In this document: piece by piece, positions 9,182 to 17,584 of the stretch
Numbering within the stretch: the first letter of the stretch is position 1
How the letters are laid out: each line of letters opens with the position of its first letter
Sequence record: PZ445487.1
Reading direction: 5' to 3' (one strand)
From: a phage
DNA: 64,000 nt
Notes under the pieces: model-generated
Databases searched by the model: none
The model's input: the letters and a program-made list of their open reading frames with translations, nothing else
What the model was told of the DNA's origin: nothing
Made by a program: the position numbers and the translations under genes

Positions 9182-10504
9182 ATGACTAAGAAACTTGTAA
9201 CCGAAGAAATGCGCAAACAGTGGCTGCCAGTTCTCCAAAAAGAATCTGAAGCTATTCAACCTCTGTCTGCCGAAAACGTAACCATCCGTCTGATGCAGAA
9301 CCAGGCTGAATGGAACGCAAAAAACCTGGGCGAATCTGACGCACCTGGTTCTGTGAACAGCACTGTCGGTAAATGGCAGCCAGTTCTGATCGACATGGCA
9401 AAACGTCTGGCGCCGATCAACATCGCGATGGACTTCTTCGGTGTTCAGCCGCTGTCTGGTCCTGACGGTCAGATCTTTGCACTGCGCGCTCGCCAGGGTG
9501 TTGGTGACAGTTCCAACACCGCACAGTCTCGTAAAGAACTGTTCATGCAGGAAGCCGATTCCGGCTATTCCGGTGATGGTACTGTACAGGCTGGCGACCC
9601 GTCAGGCTTTAGTCAGGCTGAGATCGAAGGTTCCGGCTCTGTCGTGACCACTATCGGTAAAGGTATGCCGTCAACCGACGCGGAACTGCTGGGTACTACC
9701 ACCAATCCGTGGGCGCGTGTTGGTATCACCGTTCAGAAAGCGACCGTTACTGCCAAGTCTCGCGGCCTGTACGCTGATTACAGCCATGAACTGCGTCAGG
9801 ATATGATGGCAATTCACGGCGAAGACGTGGATAATATCCTGTCTGACGTGATGGTAACTGAAATTCAGGCGGAAATGAACCGTGAATTCATCCGTACCAT
9901 GAACTTCAGTGCTGTTCGCTTCAAAAAATTCGGTACCAACGGTGTTGTTGATATCGCGCAGGACATCTCCGGTCGTTGGGCGCTGGAAAAATGGAAGTTC
10001 CTGACTTTCATGCTGGAAGTTGAAGCGAACGGTATCGGTGTTGACACCCGTCGTGGTAAAGGCAACCGTGTTCTGTGTTCTCCGAACGTGGCATCCGCTC
10101 TGGCGATGTCTGGCATGCTGGACTATGCTCCGGTTCTGCAGGAAAACACTAAACTGGCTGTTGACCCGACTGGCCAGACCTTCGCTGGTGTTCTGTCCAA
10201 CGGTATGCGCGTCTATGTTGACCCGTATGCTGTAGCAGAATATATCACCCTGGCATACAAAGGCGCAACTGCGCTGGATGCCGGTATCTTCTTCGCGCCG
10301 TATGTGCCGCTGGAAATGTACCGCACCCAGGGTGAAACCACCTTCGCTCCGCGTATGGCGTTCAAAACCCGTTACGGCATCTGTGCTAACCCGTTCGTAC
10401 AGATTCCGGCTAACCAAGACCCGCAGGTTTACGTGACTGCTGACGGTATTGCTCAAGACAGCAACCCGTATTTCCGCAAAGGTCTGATCAAATCTCTGTT
10501 CTAA
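9182..10504 (+). CDS. 23: Major capsid protein (gp23-like)
   Basis: Conserved gp23 blocks FGVQPLSGPDGQIFALRAR, AGIFFAPYV and MAFKTRYGICANPF; 440 aa, shorter than the T4 gp23 precursor. Confidence 0.9.
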   Translation: MTKKLVTEEMRKQWLPVLQKESEAIQPLSAENVTIRLMQNQAEWNAKNLGESDAPGSVNSTVGKWQPVLIDMAKRLAPINIAMDFFGVQPLSGPDGQIFALRARQGVGDSSNTAQSRKELFMQEADSGYSGDGTVQAGDPSGFSQAEIEGSGSVVTTIGKGMPSTDAELLGTTTNPWARVGITVQKATVTAKSRGLYADYSHELRQDMMAIHGEDVDNILSDVMVTEIQAEMNREFIRTMNFSAVRFKKFGTNGVVDIAQDISGRWALEKWKFLTFMLEVEANGIGVDTRRGKGNRVLCSPNVASALAMSGMLDYAPVLQENTKLAVDPTGQTFAGVLSNGMRVYVDPYAVAEYITLAYKGATALDAGIFFAPYVPLEMYRTQGETTFAPRMAFKTRYGICANPFVQIPANQDPQVYVTADGIAQDSNPYFRKGLIKSLF

Positions 10505-10523
10505 GCGACAGGTTTTGATAACA

Positions 10524-10547
10524 AACCCCGCTTCGGCGGGGTTTTTC
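10524..10547 (+). terminator. Rho-independent terminator after gene 23
   Basis: Hairpin aaccccgcttcggcggggtt plus T-run; the 22-nt core is identical to the terminator after gene 18. Confidence 0.6.
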
Positions 10548-10598
10548 TTTATAGGGATATGTAAGATAATAAAGCCTCATTTATCAAAGGAGGTTAAA

Positions 10599-10835
10599 AT
10601 GTCTCATCAATTATCTGGCGGTGCAGTCGATACTCTATTCGTTCTTTTCTGGTTTGGACCTCGTGAAGCTGGGGAAATACCTGCTAAATCTGGAGAAGCC
10701 GAATTGGCCTCCCTGGGGTTTTGTAAACGAGTTGATGTTAAAAACGTACCAAAAGGTCGAGATACACATCTGTGTGTACTCACCGAGGAAGGTTACAAAT
10801 ACGCATATCTGAAATATGTTTCTCAAAATACGTGA
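10599..10835 (+). CDS. Hypothetical protein (78 aa)
   Basis: ATG with SD aaaggagg upstream; the longer track ORF from 10515 would read through the gp23 terminator. Confidence 0.4.
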   Translation: MSHQLSGGAVDTLFVLFWFGPREAGEIPAKSGEAELASLGFCKRVDVKNVPKGRDTHLCVLTEEGYKYAYLKYVSQNT

Positions 10836-10922
10836 TTGTTTATCGTAACGATTTAATACGCGAATAGTTCAATAACAATTCCTGTTGTACGATATAACTT
10901 TCTTACAACAGGAGTATCAGTC

Positions 10923-11237
10923 ATGACAACCCGAAATATTACCTCTGAACAATCCGTGTCACAAATCCTCATTAATTCCCGCACCCAAAAAGAACGTCTT
11001 TTTGACATCCTCACTAATGTGATCAATATTCGTCGACAATTAGATGGTGAATTTCCCGAATCTGATTCTGAAGAAAAATCAACACACAATCCAGGTCTTG
11101 TTGGTGCTATCCTTAACATACAAGGAGAGCAGGACGATATCATCGATAGAATCAATGCTCACATGGACGTCATCCATACTAAACTGGGAACGTTTTATCA
11201 CCCAAATTGTGAAGACGAGTCTAAAGATAATTGTTAA
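10923..11237 (+). CDS. Hypothetical protein (104 aa)
   Basis: ORF with SD aggag upstream of the ATG; no recognisable motif. Confidence 0.4.
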   Translation: MTTRNITSEQSVSQILINSRTQKERLFDILTNVINIRRQLDGEFPESDSEEKSTHNPGLVGAILNIQGEQDDIIDRINAHMDVIHTKLGTFYHPNCEDESKDNC

Positions 11238-11298
11238 TGTTTTCAATAAATGGGTAATGAACCATCATTACCCAACTTTCACAATAGGAATACAACTC

Positions 11299-11493
11299 AT
11301 GGCAAAAGAAACTCTTAACAATGAAAACTCCAACTTTGCAGAATGGCATACCGAATTAGAGCGCGTTGCCCGTTCTCAACATGGTTCTGCCGCTGATGCA
11401 GATGCTTGGCGTGAAGATTATGAATCTGGAAAAACTCCACGTCAGGCTTGGGAAGACGAATGGGGGTGGGATGATGCCGACTCTAATCCGTAA
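11299..11493 (+). CDS. Hypothetical small acidic protein (64 aa)
   Basis: Internal ATG of track ORF 11044..11493 chosen to avoid overlap with 10923..11237; Trp/Asp/Glu-rich. Confidence 0.3.
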   Translation: MAKETLNNENSNFAEWHTELERVARSQHGSAADADAWREDYESGKTPRQAWEDEWGWDDADSNP

Positions 11494-11704
11494 GATATAT
11501 CTGGATAAGAACTATTTGGAATCTAAAATCGAAGTTTTCACGGCTCAAAAAATATTTGAAGACGGTGAAACGAGATATTATCTGAATCCAGACCTTTATC
11601 TCCCAGGAAGTAATTTGAATCGCGACATACCCCAAATAGATGGCACAATCATTCGTTGGGAAATAGCGACGCAAGAAGACAACTGTCACAACATAACACT
11701 TTGA
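11471..11704 (+). CDS. Hypothetical protein (77 aa)
   Basis: Internal ATG of track ORF 11366..11704, overlapping the preceding gene end. Confidence 0.3.
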   Translation: MMPTLIRKIYLDKNYLESKIEVFTAQKIFEDGETRYYLNPDLYLPGSNLNRDIPQIDGTIIRWEIATQEDNCHNITL

Positions 11705-11719
11705 AGTGAGAACTACATC

Positions 11720-12166
11720 ATGTCTAAACAAAATTATATCTTTATTAGTCCAGGACGTTCCCAGTTTTTTCGTAGCGACATCGATACACCTATCGAAGGT
11801 TTTCGCATTTTCAAATGCTATAAATTGGCCAGCGGTGACATTGATTATCAAAGTCACGACAATGACCGCCAAGACTTGGTTGATAACGGTTGGGAAGAAA
11901 TAGATTCTCCTCAATATCTGACCGTCAACCTTTATTATATGAAGGAAAGCGGTAAATATTATTCGACTGGGGAGTTGAAAATCCGAGTTTCAGAAGCCCA
12001 ATCCAATCCAGCAAAAAGTTGGTATGACACGCAAGAGTTAGTGCGTGATCTCCTGAAGAAAGGCGAACTGCCTGGCTTGGTTAAAGGTTCCCGTTTTGAT
12101 ACCTTCATGTCCTGTGAACAACACCCGTGCTATGTTCCGACTTTATTTAAAATCAGCAACATGTGA
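11720..12166 (+). CDS. Hypothetical protein (148 aa)
   Basis: ORF preceded by the recurring leader gaactacatcATG. Confidence 0.5.
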   Translation: MSKQNYIFISPGRSQFFRSDIDTPIEGFRIFKCYKLASGDIDYQSHDNDRQDLVDNGWEEIDSPQYLTVNLYYMKESGKYYSTGELKIRVSEAQSNPAKSWYDTQELVRDLLKKGELPGLVKGSRFDTFMSCEQHPCYVPTLFKISNM

Positions 12167-12177
12167 GAGATTAATAT

Positions 12178-12552
12178 ATGAGCAATTTACCACTGCTTCA
12201 AGTCGGCGATGTGTTCGTTCTCACAGAAGAAATGACCATTGAAACTCAGGTGCCTAAGCATTTCTTGTACTCTAATTGCAAGGGAGATTGGCAAACGGAC
12301 TCTGGTTATATCACCCCTGAGGGATTCTTCGGTTACATGCAAGGGCATTATGTCGTTACCAAAACAGCTCTACAAGGAGGTAGCGCTGGTCACGACCCAT
12401 ACCCAGACGGTCATCATGTTTGGGCACAGCATACCGAAAATGAACGCATCAGGATCTGTTTTTATCAGACAGGCAGCTTCAGAAACATGCACCGTAACGT
12501 TCCAGTAGTCGGAAAAGCCAAGGCGCAAACATGGACTTGGGAGAAATTATGA
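12178..12552 (+). CDS. Hypothetical protein (124 aa)
   Basis: ORF tightly packed after 11720..12166. Confidence 0.45.
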   Translation: MSNLPLLQVGDVFVLTEEMTIETQVPKHFLYSNCKGDWQTDSGYITPEGFFGYMQGHYVVTKTALQGGSAGHDPYPDGHHVWAQHTENERIRICFYQTGSFRNMHRNVPVVGKAKAQTWTWEKL

Positions 12553-12785
12553 GAATCAAAAAGATTGGAGCAAGCCCGTTGACGGGCACTATCTTCCAAG
12601 GTACATTGAATACCAAAACCAGTATGTGGGTAGGTGAGAAGACCGACGTGACTAACGACTGTGTAGCGGCTACGGCTGAACACATGCGCCACATCAAGAA
12701 AGACTACTGCTTCCCTACTAAAGACGGCAAGTTCCTGGTGCTGAGCGCTGAGGTTCACGACACTCTTCCTGATCGCTTCAAATAA
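12549..12785 (+). CDS. Hypothetical protein (78 aa)
   Basis: ATGA start/stop overlap with the preceding ORF. Confidence 0.4.
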   Translation: MRIKKIGASPLTGTIFQGTLNTKTSMWVGEKTDVTNDCVAATAEHMRHIKKDYCFPTKDGKFLVLSAEVHDTLPDRFK

Positions 12786-12805
12786 ATTTAAAATTTATTC
12801 AATAA

Positions 12806-12839
12806 ACGGGGTTTACTTCTTCAATAAACCCCGTATACT
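12806..12839 (+). promoter_or_regulatory. Hairpin overlapping a sigma70-type early promoter (PeSL-like cassette)
   Basis: Stem acggggttt/aaaccccgt; -35 gtttac (about 12811-12816), 17-nt spacer, -10 tatact (about 12834-12839); conserved leader ataagcag...gaaatgaaggaactacatcATG follows. Confidence 0.5.
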
Positions 12840-12888
12840 TCATTCCATAAGCAGCACAACACTGACTCTGAAATGAAGGAACTACATC

Positions 12889-13353
12889 ATGACAACCGTA
12901 AAAATCTCCGTCTGGGCATTCAACAATTTCACCAAATTTGACGCGTTTGTTAAAAACGCTCTGGGCATCACCAACATAGAATCTTTCACTTCTTATGACC
13001 GCGAAGATCAGGTCAAAATGCTTCGTCCTGAAATCGACCTTGACGCAATGCTGAACGCCATCAAGAATCACGATGACAATCTGGCTGAATTCGAAAACCT
13101 CCGCACCTCTATCTTCAAAAAGAATGGTGGCATCCGTAAGCTGAGCAACAAAACCATCAAATATGTCACCGAAGGGTTCTTTGTGGTGTTCGACTTCATA
13201 GAAACCAAGCCGAACGAACTTCGTAAAGATTTAGACGGCAACGTTATCACCCTGAAAATGTTTGGCGAAGCCAAGGCCGATATGATGCGTGACGGCCTGT
13301 GTGATGAGACATTCACATACGACGAATATTGCGATCAGTGCCAAGATCTGTAA
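12889..13353 (+). CDS. Hypothetical protein (154 aa)
   Basis: First gene downstream of the promoter cassette; RBS aaggaa. Confidence 0.5.
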   Translation: MTTVKISVWAFNNFTKFDAFVKNALGITNIESFTSYDREDQVKMLRPEIDLDAMLNAIKNHDDNLAEFENLRTSIFKKNGGIRKLSNKTIKYVTEGFFVVFDFIETKPNELRKDLDGNVITLKMFGEAKADMMRDGLCDETFTYDEYCDQCQDL

Positions 13354-13421
13354 TTTGTTCTAAACCATTTGAACGGGTATGTTAAAATCATACCCAACCC
13401 CTACAAATAGAGGACTATAAC

Positions 13422-13745
13422 ATGGCTTGTAAAACACCAGAAATGAAATTAGTTGTTTCGTCAACGGGACGTCGCAGTCGCAGCCGCAGTCGAAATCTCA
13501 TCACCCGTTTAGATATTCTACGTCAAAAATATCAAGGCCACAGCGTGTTCACTCGCATCCGTAACGCATTAAAGGAAGGGCGAACCGAGTTGGAGCTATA
13601 TCGTCCAAACGGTTCCACTCGTGCGTATCAGACCACCGACGGCTTGCTGGAACTGATCCGCCTCTCGGGAATGAGCATAGAACCTCGTTCATCAGGGACT
13701 CCCTTGTGCAGCCTGTATGTAATCGGCAATCTTGGGGCGCTGTGA
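13422..13745 (+). CDS. Hypothetical protein (107 aa), Arg/Ser-rich N-terminus
   Basis: ORF with RSRSRSR stretch near the N-terminus. Confidence 0.4.
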   Translation: MACKTPEMKLVVSSTGRRSRSRSRNLITRLDILRQKYQGHSVFTRIRNALKEGRTELELYRPNGSTRAYQTTDGLLELIRLSGMSIEPRSSGTPLCSLYVIGNLGAL

Positions 13746-13750
13746 GTTCT

Positions 13751-14173
13751 ATGAAGAAGTATATCGTTCTTATAACGGGTTCCCGTTCTATAACTGAGCG
13801 GGATAAAATATTTGCCAAATTAGATGAACTCTTAATCCCTCACGAGATAGAGACGTTTATTGAAGGTGAAGCAGTAGGTGTGGATCTGATATCCCGTGAT
13901 TGGTGTGAAATCAATTATGTGTATATTACACCAATGCCGATTCCTCAAAATTACCATACGTTATATGGGAAAGGTGCGGGCAATCAACGTAACAAAGATA
14001 TGCTGGACAAGGCTCTAACATTGGCGAAGCAAAAAGATCTTGAGGTCTTTGGAATTGCATTATGGGATGGTTCGTCTACTGGGACGCAAGACATGATCAA
14101 GCGCATGAAGAAAGCGGGAATAAATGTCAATATCACTCTCATGGGCAAACCCAAAACCAAACGATTGTTATAA
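13751..14173 (+). CDS. Hypothetical protein, possibly SLOG/DUF2493-like Rossmann-fold protein
   Basis: IVLITGSRS...IEGEAVGVDLISRDWCE resembles the YspA/DUF2493 pattern (V-ITGG...GAD...WA) as I recall it; weak. Confidence 0.4.
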   Translation: MKKYIVLITGSRSITERDKIFAKLDELLIPHEIETFIEGEAVGVDLISRDWCEINYVYITPMPIPQNYHTLYGKGAGNQRNKDMLDKALTLAKQKDLEVFGIALWDGSSTGTQDMIKRMKKAGINVNITLMGKPKTKRLL

Positions 14174-14203
14174 ATAAATTTGCCACCCATGAGGAGTTAT
14201 ACC

Positions 14204-14374
14204 ATGTTACAAATACTGTTGGTGCTTTGTGTCGCATTTACCATGTACTTCATGGCGCGCATCTGTTTTATTACTTTAGATGACATGAAGGGTATCCCAC
14301 GTGACCCCAAATTCATCTTTCTGAAGAAGTTTGCCAAAAAGTTCTCAGAAAACTTTATTTATCATCTACCATGA
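14204..14374 (+). CDS. Small hydrophobic protein (56 aa)
   Basis: SD gaggag upstream of ATG; one predicted transmembrane segment (LQILLVLCVAFTMYFMARICFI). Confidence 0.4.
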   Translation: MLQILLVLCVAFTMYFMARICFITLDDMKGIPRDPKFIFLKKFAKKFSENFIYHLP

Positions 14375-14379
14375 TTAAA

Positions 14380-14404
14380 TACCCCCAAAATTGGGGGTAT
14401 TTTT
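14380..14404 (+). terminator. Hairpin with T-run
   Basis: taccccc-aaaatt-gggggta followed by ttttt immediately before the ATG at 14405. Confidence 0.45.
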
Positions 14405-15133
14405 ATGAACGCACAAATCTACGATGTCCTTTCCTCTGGTAACGCATTTAGCAATCCGCTTCCGTCCCTCTCCGGTCCCTCACAGGATTTAATCACCAGT
14501 GGTAGTACCAATATACCATTGATAACTACCAACGCGACTCCGGAGATGCAGGCGGCTATGTCAGCAGGTGGACTAACACCAGAAAAACTCACAGCAGCCA
14601 CCACCATGTATAGCACCGCCAACACGGGGATAACGACACTGAACACATATGGCGACCAAAGTATCAATGACGCGTATTCTCGCATCGGTACTTCCGTGTC
14701 ATACAAATCAGGTTTGAAAAGTATATCACGAGAGCCAAACAATTGTGATTTGATCAACAAGGCTTTTGGTGTTGTTCAGGATTTAGGACGCCAATGGCTG
14801 AATGCTATGGAAGGCGCTCTCCAGACTGTGACTAACAAGATATCGGAATTGTATGACATGATTATGGAAGGTGCCTCAGAAGGGATGGCAAAACTACAGC
14901 AATTGGCTGCTGAAGTAACAGGACATATCAATGAGGCAATAACCGCCGTCAATGGAGTTATAAATGATATCACCGATGGGATAGCTGCAGAACTTGCTCA
15001 TATTGAAAGTATGATCAAAGAATGTCTAAACTTCTCTTTTGCGAATGTTCTTGGAGAATGGGCCAAAGATCTCTGTGCTGGAGGCGTTATTGATAAAATA
15101 GGGACTCCAGAATTAAAAGAGTCCCTGAAATAA
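14405..15133 (+). CDS. Hypothetical protein (242 aa)
   Basis: Ser/Thr/Asn-rich N-terminal part, helical C-terminal part; no assignable motif. Confidence 0.5.
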   Translation: MNAQIYDVLSSGNAFSNPLPSLSGPSQDLITSGSTNIPLITTNATPEMQAAMSAGGLTPEKLTAATTMYSTANTGITTLNTYGDQSINDAYSRIGTSVSYKSGLKSISREPNNCDLINKAFGVVQDLGRQWLNAMEGALQTVTNKISELYDMIMEGASEGMAKLQQLAAEVTGHINEAITAVNGVINDITDGIAAELAHIESMIKECLNFSFANVLGEWAKDLCAGGVIDKIGTPELKESLK

Positions 15134-15787
15134 TCAATGTCTAGCGGGGAGAACTCCCACTGGTTCGATACCTTCCATCACCAGGGAGTTCACCCCAACA
15201 TCACTCATCCGAATCCATACTTTACCGCCTGGTCTTATTTCATAGATGTTCATTTCATTACCTACAGCAGATCCATTAACGAAAACACCCTGAGTGGCAA
15301 TTCGGATCGGAGATTTGGTGTTATTAACTATCTGAAATGATATTGCAACGTCTCTGGTGATTTCTACGTCCCTTGCTTGAGTATTCCTTCTGAGTTTGTC
15401 AAAGAAAGAAGGGTTGAAAGTCGCTATGATGCTATTATTCTGAGAGTAATAAATACTTGCGGATAGATATGGGATCTTTCCTTCGTCACCTTTCCTCAAT
15501 AGGGGAATCGTGGTTTTCCAGTATGGTCTCAGTGACTGGTTGTTATCATCAAAACAACCAACAGCTTGAAGAGTCTGGAAGTTCTGAAAATCAGATACTA
15601 CTTGATTCAGAATATTTTTATTGCATTTATCAATGTCGGCTGAGATGTTAACAGGTATGGTTCTGATTTCAGGATCCCAGAGGTCGGTTACAGAAATGAC
15701 GGACGTGACAAAGATACGGCAACTTGTGAGTGCAAGCACCATTATCATCGTCATGATCCATTTTCTGAATCCGCGTGTCAGGAACAC
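15134..15787 (-). CDS. Putative lipoprotein encoded on the opposite strand (about 217 aa)
   Basis: Minus-strand ORF converging on 14405..15133. GTG start chosen because ggaga lies 8 nt upstream and it gives a signal peptide with RK n-region, hydrophobic core and lipobox LTSC. Confidence 0.45.
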   Translation of the reverse strand: MFLTRGFRKWIMTMIMVLALTSCRIFVTSVISVTDLWDPEIRTIPVNISADIDKCNKNILNQVVSDFQNFQTLQAVGCFDDNNQSLRPYWKTTIPLLRKGDEGKIPYLSASIYYSQNNSIIATFNPSFFDKLRRNTQARDVEITRDVAISFQIVNNTKSPIRIATQGVFVNGSAVGNEMNIYEIRPGGKVWIRMSDVGVNSLVMEGIEPVGVLPARH

Positions 15788-15817
15788 TAAAACGTTCTCC
15801 ACAGCAAAGGTGCTAAC

Positions 15818-16315
15818 ATGACAGGTGTACAATTCAAAAACGAAAATCCTAATTTCGCGGCTTCCGATAAATGGCGCTTAACTATCGGAGACCTGATATT
15901 GCTTACTCGTTCAATACATGACTTCAGTATTCCTGGAGTGTATTCTGAAGGTATCGAGGGTCCATCCCCTGGCGATGTGCTCAACTCCATACCTTCAGAA
16001 CGTCTCACGTATGACCCCATCGTATTTACGTTCGTTATCGATGAGAGTTGGTACAACTGGGAACAGATTTACAATTGGATTGCGTCTAATGCTGGATCTG
16101 ATTTAGCTGTTAGCCGCGACATCACCATCGACCTTCTTGATAACATGAATCGACCTATTGGTCTACAATTGTTGTTGGAAGAAGCCCGTCCCACAGCTTT
16201 GGATAACGTATTGGTGGATGTGGATGCTGCGGTTCCCCAACTGGTCACGACTGTTACGTTCAAATATTTGAAACTGACTCCGACTCGCGTCACCCGCGAA
16301 ATTGATAAACAATAA
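15818..16315 (+). CDS. Hypothetical protein (165 aa)
   Basis: ORF with no recognisable motif. Confidence 0.45.
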   Translation: MTGVQFKNENPNFAASDKWRLTIGDLILLTRSIHDFSIPGVYSEGIEGPSPGDVLNSIPSERLTYDPIVFTFVIDESWYNWEQIYNWIASNAGSDLAVSRDITIDLLDNMNRPIGLQLLLEEARPTALDNVLVDVDAAVPQLVTTVTFKYLKLTPTRVTREIDKQ

Positions 16316-16353
16316 GTTATAATACAGAGAGTTGAAACAGCAGGGAATAAATC

Positions 16354-16809
16354 ATGAGCGAAACAAAACTTGAAACGATGAAAACCGAAGATATAATGGC
16401 AGAATTGGAACCTCTTATTTCGGTAAATCCTGAAGACATGAACTTAGACCAAATGTCATTGAAAATTGGTCGTTCGTGGATGACTGTGCAACGCCATTAT
16501 ATTCGTGAAGGAAGATATCTGGAGTATCTAACTGGCAAATTCCGCCAAATAGATCTCTATTTACGCCGATTTTATGCAGGGGAATTGCCGCCCAACGTTT
16601 ATGTTGAACGCCCATTAAAAGTTCGACCCCTGAAATCTGATATAGATGTATGGGTAAAAGCAGATGATGATTATATCGAATTGTCTAGCATGCTTCAAGA
16701 GCAGAAAGCCAAAGTCAAGTTCATCGAAAGTTGCTTAGATCGTTTGAACAAACTCGGATATGAAGTGAAGAATGCTATTGATTGGCGAAAATATTTGGAT
16801 GGGATGTAA
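16354..16809 (+). CDS. Hypothetical protein (151 aa)
   Basis: ORF preceded by aggg...aaatcATG. Confidence 0.45.
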   Translation: MSETKLETMKTEDIMAELEPLISVNPEDMNLDQMSLKIGRSWMTVQRHYIREGRYLEYLTGKFRQIDLYLRRFYAGELPPNVYVERPLKVRPLKSDIDVWVKADDDYIELSSMLQEQKAKVKFIESCLDRLNKLGYEVKNAIDWRKYLDGM

Positions 16810-17555
16810 TGGTTTCTCTACAGGCTTTGCGCAAACTTAATGACTTTGAAAATCGTCATCATACATTTCAGCAATATTCCTTGCCGTTTAAGGAACTGAC
16901 TTGCGTAACTACCGAAAATGGTCGTCACTATGTTTCCCCCACTGGAGTCAAACTAACTTCAGTGACGACCATGTTAGGGCGTACTGGTGACCACACATGG
17001 TTAGAAGCCTGGCGGGACAAGTTGGGGCATGAAGCTGCTGATATAGAAACACATCGTTGCGCAGACCGTGGGGAAAAACTTCATTTGGCTTGTGAGTTGT
17101 ATCTCAAAAACAGACCAATGAAGGAAGTTCTGGAAGCTGCAGGGGAATACGTGTTTATGTTCAAACAGGTTTTCCCCTACCTTAACAAAATGAGCAAGAT
17201 ATATGCACAAGAGATTCCATTATATAGCGAAGTCCTGGGTCTTGCTGGTCGTGTTGACCTCATCGGGGTTTACGAAGGAATTCCAAGCATAATCGATTTC
17301 AAAACATCTAACACCCTAAAAACTCGAAGCATGATAGAAGATTATAGTATTCAATTGTGTCTATACTCAGTCATGTTTCAACAAATGTTTAATGTCAAGA
17401 TAGAGCGTTTAATCAATATTATATCCAACGAAAATGCCCTTGTTCCCACCATAATCGAATTCGATCGCAAAGACGTTATTTCTAAAATGTTTGACCGTGT
17501 CCGTCTGTATCACAAAATGGACAAAGAACAGAAAGGAATCTGGGCGGATCGCTAA
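16809..17555 (+). CDS. Putative PD-(D/E)xK family nuclease
   Basis: GRVDLIG ... IIDFKTSN fits the D...(D/E)xK core of RecB/Cas4/lambda-exonuclease-type nucleases; ATG overlaps the preceding stop. Confidence 0.45.
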   Translation: MVSLQALRKLNDFENRHHTFQQYSLPFKELTCVTTENGRHYVSPTGVKLTSVTTMLGRTGDHTWLEAWRDKLGHEAADIETHRCADRGEKLHLACELYLKNRPMKEVLEAAGEYVFMFKQVFPYLNKMSKIYAQEIPLYSEVLGLAGRVDLIGVYEGIPSIIDFKTSNTLKTRSMIEDYSIQLCLYSVMFQQMFNVKIERLINIISNENALVPTIIEFDRKDVISKMFDRVRLYHKMDKEQKGIWADR

Positions 17556-17584
17556 ATACTCCATAATATTGGGGGAAATTAGTG

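Noticed and set aside
10515-10598. N-terminal extension of track ORF 10515..10835
   Set aside because: The extension would be translated through the gp23 terminator hairpin; the ATG at 10599 with SD aaaggagg is the credible start.
11044-11298. Long form of ORF 11044..11493
   Set aside because: It overlaps 10923..11237 in another frame over most of its length; only the distal part from ATG 11299 was kept, at low confidence.
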